The translations under genes and the position numbers were made by a program. 32,000 nt of DNA from Candidatus Hadarchaeales archaeon (GTDB taxonomy: Archaea; Hadarchaeota; Hadarchaeia; Hadarchaeales; Hadarchaeaceae): positions 2,811 through 34,810 of the forward strand of contig JAWBCC010000006.1 in assembly GCA_038823825.1 (NCBI GenBank), given 5' to 3'. The notes below the pieces were generated by a model. It was not told the origin of the DNA. It saw nothing but the letters and a program-made list of their open reading frames with translations, and searched no databases. Shown piece after piece: positions 21,923 through 32,000 of this stretch (its first letter is position 1; every line of letters begins with the position of its first letter).

Positions 21923-22888
21923 ATGGTCGGAGAGGAATTCGAAATCTGGGTTGAGAAGTACAGACCGAAGAAACTCGACGAAATAGTCGGACAGGATGAA
22001 GTTGTAGCCAGGTTGAAAACTTTCGTTGAAAAAAAGTCGATGCCCCATCTCCTTTTTGCCGGACCGGCCGGGACCGGAAAAACAACCGCTGCGCTCTGCA
22101 TCGCCCGGGAGCTTTTTGGGGAAAACTGGAAACAGAACCTTCTTGAGCTAAACGCCAGCGATGAAAGAGGGATTGATACGATTAGAACAAAGGTGAAAGA
22201 TTATGCGAGAACCCGCCCAATAGGTGACGTTCCCTTTAAGATCATCTTGCTAGACGAAAGCGATGCCCTCACACCAGATGCCCAGCATGCTCTAAGAAGA
22301 ACAATGGAGATGTACACTCACACGTGTCGCTTCATCTTGGACTGCAACTACTCAAGCAGGATAATTGAACCAATCCAATCGAGATGCGCCGTTTTCAGGT
22401 TTAGAAGACTCACAGACGATGACATAAAGAAAATGCTCAAAAGAATAGAGAAAGCCGAAGGTTTGACGATTGACCCTAAAGCATATGACGCAATTGCCTA
22501 CGCCGCACAGGGAGATATGAGAAAAGCGATAAACATACTGCAGGCTGCGGCCGCGCTCAAAAAGAAGGTCGATGAAAAGTCCGTCTATGCTGTCACATCG
22601 ATGGCGGACCCGAAAGAAGTAAGGGAGATCTTGGACCTCGCTCTAGCCGGAAAATTCTCGGAGGCAAGAGAAAAGCTTCATGATCTGCTAATAGAATCCG
22701 GACTCGCCGGCGAAGATGTGCTCGAACAAATCCACAGACTAGTTTTCGATTTGGACATTCCAGAGGAGAGAAAGGTCGAGCTTGTTGATAAAATAGGAGA
22801 GTTTTCATTCAGGATCGTCCAAGGGGCGAACGAAGTCATCCAGCTTGAGGCCTTTCTCGCCCATCTCTCGTTAATGGGAAAGAGCTGA
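21923..22888 (+). CDS. rfcS: Replication factor C small subunit
   Basis: EKYRP, Walker A GPAGTGKTT, LLDESDALT and the SRC motif QSRCAVFRF. ATG 21923 is preceded by GGTGA. No intein. Confidence 0.93.
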   Translation: MVGEEFEIWVEKYRPKKLDEIVGQDEVVARLKTFVEKKSMPHLLFAGPAGTGKTTAALCIARELFGENWKQNLLELNASDERGIDTIRTKVKDYARTRPIGDVPFKIILLDESDALTPDAQHALRRTMEMYTHTCRFILDCNYSSRIIEPIQSRCAVFRFRRLTDDDIKKMLKRIEKAEGLTIDPKAYDAIAYAAQGDMRKAINILQAAAALKKKVDEKSVYAVTSMADPKEVREILDLALAGKFSEAREKLHDLLIESGLAGEDVLEQIHRLVFDLDIPEERKVELVDKIGEFSFRIVQGANEVIQLEAFLAHLSLMGKS

Positions 22889-22924
22889 TATCATAAATCG
22901 CGGATTTTTGCCGCTATCAACTGG

Positions 22925-22936
22925 AAAAAGAAAAAA
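22925..22936 (-). terminator. Oligo-T terminator (TTTTTTCTTTTT) downstream of 23S rRNA
   Basis: A T-run on the minus strand right after the 3' half of the 23S processing stem. Confidence 0.6.
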
Positions 22937-22939
22937 TGA

Positions 22940-22951
22940 GCCACGCACAGG
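22940..22951 (-). other. 3' half of the 23S rRNA processing stem
   Basis: Plus-strand gccacgcacagg is the exact reverse complement of cctgtgcgtggc at 26014-26025. Confidence 0.75.
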
Positions 22952-26013
<3,062 letters not shown>

Positions 26014-26025
26014 CCTGTGCGTGGC
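26014..26025 (-). other. 5' half of the 23S rRNA processing stem
   Basis: Exact complement of 22940-22951. The spacer hairpin TTGCGTT-TTG-AACGCAA lies at 26032-26048. Confidence 0.75.
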
Positions 26026-26099
26026 ATCATCTTGCGTTTTGAACGCAATTCGCCATCAGCACAGAGAGCTCGCACTCTCCATGCCTCATCTTCCAGATG

Positions 26100-26172
26100 T
26101 GGACCCGGCGGGACTCGAACCCGCGACCTCCGGCTTGCAAAGCCGGCGCTCTACCAGCTGAGCTACAGGCCC
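26100..26172 (-). tRNA. tRNA-Ala (anticodon UGC) in the 16S-23S spacer
   Basis: The reverse complement is GGGCCTGTAGCTCAGCTGGTAGAGCGCCGGCTTTGCAAGCCGGAGGTCGCGGGTTCGAGTCCCGCCGGGTCCA. It folds as a cloverleaf with anticodon TGC, a G3:U70 identity pair and the TTCGAGT T-loop. No CCA is encoded. Confidence 0.95.
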
Positions 26173-26212
26173 TCCGAGGGTTCGGTAACCCCCTCAAAGG
26201 AGAGGAAACTCA

Positions 26213-27704
<1,492 letters not shown>

Positions 27705-27939
27705 TGGCCTGCAAGGCCTTTGGCGGGAGAATACCACTCCTTTTCAGGGGTCACCGAACCTATCTCGGACCCGAGCGTCCAGCTGCCTGGTTTGTTCGGG
27801 CCCACATCTCTGGCAAGTCCACACCAAGAGAGCAATCCCTCACTGCTGGACGATTGTCCAAAGCTCCGGATTGACGCCCCACCGCGCGGTGTGGACCAAT
27901 TTAAACCTAAGTACTCTTTGACTTTTAAGTTTTACGCGA

Positions 27940-27947
27940 TATTTAAA
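27940..27947 (-). promoter_or_regulatory. Candidate rRNA operon TATA box (TTTAAATA), with a second AT box TTTAAATT at 27898-27905
   Basis: These are the only AT-rich boxes between the ferredoxin stop (27971) and the GC-rich 16S leader. They lie about 195-240 nt upstream of the 16S 5' end. Confidence 0.5.
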
Positions 27948-27970
27948 GCTCTAGAGCCATTTCTAAAAGA

Positions 27971-28147
27971 TCACGGAAATGAAATGGCTCCCTTAGGACA
28001 GGCTGCCTCACATGCCCTGCACTCTAAACAATCTTCTGGTCTTGCCACATCCGCTTTCTCATTAATTATGTCAAAGACATTTGCCGGACAAACTTCTGCG
28101 CACCTTCCACAACCATCACATTTTTTTACATCGACTTCTGGCGGCAA
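27971..28147 (-). CDS. Small 2x[4Fe-4S] ferredoxin (58 aa, below the ORF-track size cut-off)
   Basis: TTG start, then PPEVDVKKCDGCGRCAEVCPANVFDIINEKADVARPEDCLECRACEAACPKGAISFP, with two CxxCxxCxxxCP motifs. GGAGGTGA lies 8 nt upstream, inside the end of the S17e gene. An in-frame stop at 28154-28156 fixes the start. Confidence 0.8.
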   Translation of the reverse strand: MPPEVDVKKCDGCGRCAEVCPANVFDIINEKADVARPEDCLECRACEAACPKGAISFP

Positions 28148-28149
28148 AA

Positions 28150-28347
28150 CTAATCACCTCCTTTTTGCTGTTGAATGAGCGTGCTTATATATCCTGCTAT
28201 TCGGTTGCGGATGGGTTTTCCAAGATGCGGAAGGAGTTCGTCCACGATTTTTTTGTTTTGCTCAAAGTCTGTTCCGAATTTTTCCGGATATTTTTGTAGG
28301 AGTTCCCTCGCCGCCCTCTTTATGAACGTCGTTCTCACACGCCCCAT
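28150..28347 (-). CDS. rps17e: 30S ribosomal protein S17e
   Basis: MGRVRTTFIKRAARELLQKYPEKF.. (65 aa). ATG 28347 is preceded by GGAGGTGA. The longer track N-terminus (to 28452) has no support. Confidence 0.9.
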   Translation of the reverse strand: MGRVRTTFIKRAARELLQKYPEKFGTDFEQNKKIVDELLPHLGKPIRNRIAGYISTLIQQQKGGD

Positions 28348-28425
28348 CTGGTCACCTCCAATTGATTGGATGCTCTGCATTTTAACCTTAATCTTTCGGA
28401 GAACTAGGATTTTGGGGATGAATGT

Positions 28426-29160
28426 ATGAGGCTGGTGGATTGCCACGCACACCTCGCGGAGTTGTTAAATCTAGACCAAGAGCTTGAGAAAGCTAAAGAA
28501 GTCGGCGTGCGGGCTATCGTAGCGGTTGGAACAGATAAAACTTCTAATGAAATCGTGAGACGGATTTCCGAAAAGTATCAAGGATATGTATTTCCAGCTT
28601 TGGGGCTTCATCCGTGGAATCTGGGCAACGATATTGAGAAAGAAGTTCGATCGATCGAAAAACACATCGAAGAATGCATCGCGCTTGGTGAGGTCGGATT
28701 GGATTTCAAATATCAGACACCGAGAGAACTGCAGACTAAGGCTTTTTCTCTAATACTCGATCTGGCCAGTCGCTACGATAAACCAATCATAGTACACTCG
28801 AGATGGGCGTGGCGTGAAGCTTTTGAAATGGTAAGGGATGTTGGAATCAAGAGAGCGGTTTTCCACTGGTATAGCGGTCCGCTTGACGTCATGCGAGAAA
28901 TTTTGGCTGAGGGATATTATATTTCGGCAACTCCGGCCGTTGAGTTCAGTGAAGCGCACAAGAGAGCGATTAGAGAAACTCCTCTGGAGAGGTTACTGCT
29001 TGAGACGGATTCTCCTGTGAAGTATCGTGGGGTCCCATCGGGTCCACAAGATATCACAAAAACGCTTGAAGGTGTGGCGCGGCTCAAGGAGGTGGAAAAA
29101 GCCAAAGTCGCAGAAATCACAACAGAAAATGCCACTGAATTCTTTAATATTAAGCTTTAG
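28426..29160 (+). CDS. tatD: TatD-family metal-dependent hydrolase
   Basis: 244 aa with MRLVDCHAHL, GLHPW, EVGLDF, VHSR, FHWYSG and ETDSP motifs. Confidence 0.88.
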   Translation: MRLVDCHAHLAELLNLDQELEKAKEVGVRAIVAVGTDKTSNEIVRRISEKYQGYVFPALGLHPWNLGNDIEKEVRSIEKHIEECIALGEVGLDFKYQTPRELQTKAFSLILDLASRYDKPIIVHSRWAWREAFEMVRDVGIKRAVFHWYSGPLDVMREILAEGYYISATPAVEFSEAHKRAIRETPLERLLLETDSPVKYRGVPSGPQDITKTLEGVARLKEVEKAKVAEITTENATEFFNIKL

Positions 29161-30521
29161 CTCTCAGAATTTCGCGCTTGCTGAGACAAAACTTTTTTGT
29201 AATTCTTTGAGATAAGAATAGCTATCTCGGCAACCTCTAGTGGAGATGACCCGAGAATGCGCACCATCGGCTCTTTTCCAATTCCTCCTTCGTCGTAAAT
29301 TATTCTTGGAACTCGTCCTGTTTTCCTCGCTACCTCTTCGACTCCCCAGATCATCGTTTTCACACCACGAGGTTCCCTGCGCCTCTCAAAAGAACCTATA
29401 GACAGTCCGATCTTTCTGCAGATTCTCAGAACATCTTTAGAGAATTTTACGTTTATTCCTGCTCTAATCGAAGGGTCTAGTCTGTGAGCCGCGAGAACTA
29501 AATTCGCAACGTGCTCGGAACCTCCAATCTCCGGGAAACCTGTCACCCTCGGTTTGCCAGAAACCTTCACTATTCTGCCGCTCAGTCCAACCGAACCGCT
29601 TCTATCTTTTGCGCCTAGGATCACCCCCGCGATGTTCACACCAACCTCGGGAATCAATTCGGCAAAAGATGGTTCACTCTCCAAAAGCTTGGCCGCAGCC
29701 CATACTTCGCGCATGAGTTTTCCTATTTCCGCCTCGATGACAAGTTTAGCGGTCGGGTTTACGGGTTTCACACCTTTTCCGACGTCGAGCGAGTTTTCTA
29801 TCGCCACACGTATGAATTCTCTTGCAGATTTCGCAGCATCGATTAGAGATTTTCCCTTTGCAAGCTCCGCGGTGATTGCAGCTGAAAACGAACATCCCGC
29901 TCCGTGAAATCCTCCAGCAGGCATTCTCGGTCCTGCAATCTTCTCGATCCGAGTGCGCGTCACCAGAACATCCACAACGTTTTTCGTCTTGAGGTGTCCC
30001 CCTTTGACAAGTACGGCCTTGGCACCCAGTCCCAATATCTTTCTCGCCGCTCTCTCAACGTCCTTGAGATTTCTTATCCTCACACCGGAGAGTACCTCTG
30101 CCTCCATGATGTTTGGGGTCACGAGTTCTGCTTGAGACACGAGCTGCTTTAGTTCGTTCGAAGCCTCTTCTCTCAGAAGAGAATGACCGGTCGTTGAGAT
30201 CATAACTGGATCTACGACTAATTTTAGATCGTGCTCTTTTGTCCTCCGCCTCACCAAACGGATTGTAGCCGGGCTGTAAAGCATTCCAGTTTTCGCCCAA
30301 CTAACTTCAAAGTCGGAAAGAACTGCTTTCAATTGCGCATCTACGAAATCAGTTGGAACCTCAAGAATTTCATGAACACCGAGCGTGTTCTGAGCAGTCA
30401 AAGCTGTTATCACGGAAAGACCATGCACTCCTAAACTCGCAAACGTCTTGAGATCTGCCTGTATTCCAGCTCCACCACCAGAGTCTGAACCAGCAATCGT
30501 CAGCGCACACGGAATTTTCAT
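29157..30521 (-). CDS. thiDN: Bifunctional ThiD-ThiN (hydroxymethylpyrimidine/phosphomethylpyrimidine kinase fused to ThiN-type thiamine-phosphate synthase)
   Basis: 454 aa. The N-terminal ThiD region carries [19 protein letters not shown] and [11 protein letters not shown] ThiN-like domain of about 190 aa forms the C-terminus. The ATG overlaps the upstream gene's stop (ATGA). Confidence 0.85.
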   Translation of the reverse strand: MKIPCALTIAGSDSGGGAGIQADLKTFASLGVHGLSVITALTAQNTLGVHEILEVPTDFVDAQLKAVLSDFEVSWAKTGMLYSPATIRLVRRRTKEHDLKLVVDPVMISTTGHSLLREEASNELKQLVSQAELVTPNIMEAEVLSGVRIRNLKDVERAARKILGLGAKAVLVKGGHLKTKNVVDVLVTRTRIEKIAGPRMPAGGFHGAGCSFSAAITAELAKGKSLIDAAKSAREFIRVAIENSLDVGKGVKPVNPTAKLVIEAEIGKLMREVWAAAKLLESEPSFAELIPEVGVNIAGVILGAKDRSGSVGLSGRIVKVSGKPRVTGFPEIGGSEHVANLVLAAHRLDPSIRAGINVKFSKDVLRICRKIGLSIGSFERRREPRGVKTMIWGVEEVARKTGRVPRIIYDEGGIGKEPMVRILGSSPLEVAEIAILISKNYKKVLSQQARNSES

Positions 30522-31804
30522 CTTATCACCTCTCCGATAACGTAAGTAGGTCTAGCTTCGATAATCCTTGCTCGAAGAAATTCTCCGAGCTTTGCATCTC
30601 TCAAAAGAACCTGTCGATAACTCGCGTCGCGCAAGATATAACCAGATTTCTCGCCCCTCTCAACAACAAAACCATCCACCTCTCTCCCTACGACCTTCAG
30701 ATTGTTCTCCATTCCTATCTGCATACAGAGGCTGTGAAGTTCCTTGGATCTTTTGCAGATTTCCCGTCCGTCAACCTGCTTCATCTTCGCCGCTTCCGTT
30801 CCAGGCATTGGAGAGAATTTCGAAATATTCACCTTGTCCGGCCTTGTACGCATTATCAGCTTCTTTGTGTTCTCAAATTCCTGTTCGCCCTCTCCGGGAA
30901 AGCCAACGATTATGTCGGTGGAGAGGATTAGATCTGGGATCTCTCTCCTGAACCTATCGACGATTCGCAAAAAATCGTCAACTGTATAGTTCCTTCTCAT
31001 CTTTCTTAGCATCTCATCGTCGCCGCTTTGAACCGGCAGATGGAGAAATTTATAAATTTTCTCGAGCTTGAAGGCTTCGACGAGATCGCCAAGCATGGGT
31101 AAAACATTAGCAGGGTTCATCATCCCAACTCTTATGCGGAAATTTCCTGGGATGAGATTCAGCTCTTCTAGAAGCCTCGGAAGACTTTCGCGGGTGTCCA
31201 GACCGTAGGCAGCCACATCCTGCGCGGTGAGTAATATTTCTCTATAGCCTTTTGCTACAAGATTTTTAGCCTCTTCTAGAATTGACTTCATGCGGAAACT
31301 TCTGAGCTTCCCTCTCGCAAATTTCACGGCACAATATGAGCAGTTTGAAACACAACCTTCGGCTATTTGGATAGCTGCGCTTATTGGGCTCATCCGTTTC
31401 TTCGGCATGAGTGGCTTCTCCGCCGGGCTCGAGATCTTTCTGATAATGTCGGACATTCCTTCTGAAAGTTGCCTGAGGACTTCTGGGAGATCTGAAATAG
31501 ATTTACATGAAATTATGGCATCCGGCTTACCCGCTTTGAGAACCGCTTTCTCATCGATTAACGGAAGACAGCCGGCAACGATCAGTTTCGAGCAGTTACG
31601 CTCGCTCAACAGCTTTATTCTGTGAAGCATGCGCCTATAGGTCGTTCCCTTGACCGCACATGTATTCAAGATAATCACATCGGCTTGTGAAAGGTCATTC
31701 ACTATCTCATGTCCACTACTTTCGGCTAGGCCCAGCATTATCTCTGCATCCACCTTGTTGGCCGTGCATCCGTATGTCTCACAATAGATCCGCATGTGCA
31801 CCAT
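30518..31804 (-). CDS. Archaeal MiaB/MtaB-like radical-SAM tRNA methylthiotransferase
   Basis: 428 aa with the N-terminal domain ETYGCTANK, the radical-SAM cluster CVSNCSYC and a C-terminal TRAM-like domain. An alternative start at M4 (31795) is possible. Confidence 0.85.
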   Translation of the reverse strand: MVHMRIYCETYGCTANKVDAEIMLGLAESSGHEIVNDLSQADVIILNTCAVKGTTYRRMLHRIKLLSERNCSKLIVAGCLPLIDEKAVLKAGKPDAIISCKSISDLPEVLRQLSEGMSDIIRKISSPAEKPLMPKKRMSPISAAIQIAEGCVSNCSYCAVKFARGKLRSFRMKSILEEAKNLVAKGYREILLTAQDVAAYGLDTRESLPRLLEELNLIPGNFRIRVGMMNPANVLPMLGDLVEAFKLEKIYKFLHLPVQSGDDEMLRKMRRNYTVDDFLRIVDRFRREIPDLILSTDIIVGFPGEGEQEFENTKKLIMRTRPDKVNISKFSPMPGTEAAKMKQVDGREICKRSKELHSLCMQIGMENNLKVVGREVDGFVVERGEKSGYILRDASYRQVLLRDAKLGEFLRARIIEARPTYVIGEVIR

Positions 31805-31873
31805 TGAAAAATTCTTTTACCCGGTGCTAAATCTTATCGTTACCCAGATTTCTTTTGCTCGGGAATAAGTCGC

Positions 31874-32000
31874 TTAGGCCGAAACTCTCACGTAGAATGT
31901 GTTCGTGTAGTCTCCTGGAACTGCGTCGGCAGGTATGTCGAGTCTCCACTGAATCTGCTTCTGAACATCTTCACCGTAGGAGACATTGCTCCAGACTGCT
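31874..32000 (-). CDS. 3' end of an ORF running off the right edge; hypothetical beta-rich protein
   Basis: The frame is open from 31999 to the TAA at 31876-31874: AVWSNVSYGEDVQKQIQWRLDIPADAVPGDYTNTFYVRVSA*. It is not in the track because its start lies outside the window. Confidence 0.5.
   Translation of the reverse strand, partial: AVWSNVSYGEDVQKQIQWRLDIPADAVPGDYTNTFYVRVSA

Noticed and set aside
28348-28452. 35-codon N-terminal extension of the S17e ORF
   Set aside because: S17e proteins start MGRVRT. ATG 28347 has a perfect GGAGGTGA upstream, and the extension would cover the divergent promoter and overlap the tatD start.

Overview
This is an archaeal chromosomal segment, almost fully coding. 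It is dominated by core information-processing and nucleotide-metabolism genes plus one rRNA operon.

Gene content, left to right:
- Left edge: a minus-strand ORF of more than 1,230 codons (1-3706). The supplied ORF track omits it because it runs off the window. It encodes a secreted DUF2341/lectin-like multidomain protein. Its signal peptide (ATG 3702) lies in a different frame from the body.
- 3842-8000 (+): a translationally coupled nrdD-dcd-thyX-nrdG deoxynucleotide operon.
- 8018-12170: a MinD/ParA-type ATPase (-), an atypical sHsp-like gene and Cdc48/VCP AAA+ ATPase (+), and a PRC-barrel protein (+).
- 12156-21850 (-): a long array, in transcription order IleRS, class II glutamine amidotransferase, class II HMG-CoA reductase, five-OB RPA, RadA, archaeal-type phosphoglycolate phosphatase and an MJ0936-type metallophosphoesterase. 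The rpa/radA/HAD junctions overlap by ATGA and GTGA.
- 21923-22888 (+): RFC small subunit.
- 22.9-27.9 kb (-): a very GC-rich 16S-tRNA-Ala(UGC)-23S operon, with no 5S and no introns seen. Ribosomal protein S17e and an unlisted 58-aa 2x[4Fe-4S] ferredoxin lie just upstream of it.
- Right end: TatD hydrolase, a ThiD-ThiN fusion, an archaeal MiaB/MtaB-like methylthiotransferase, and the 3' end of another ORF running off the window.

I found no CRISPR array, transposon, integrase or recognisable defence island. The region reads as conserved core genome of a probably (hyper)thermophilic archaeon of uncertain lineage.

The most unusual signals are:
- In the rRNAs: a C at the 23S position equivalent to universally conserved A2503, and compensated swaps in 23S helix 90 and the 16S central pseudoknot. 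The 16S swap also breaks the Arch21F and ARCH915 target sites.
- The frameshifted secreted protein.
- The tight coupling of RPA/RadA to two phosphatases.

All family calls are by eye from motifs. No searches were run.
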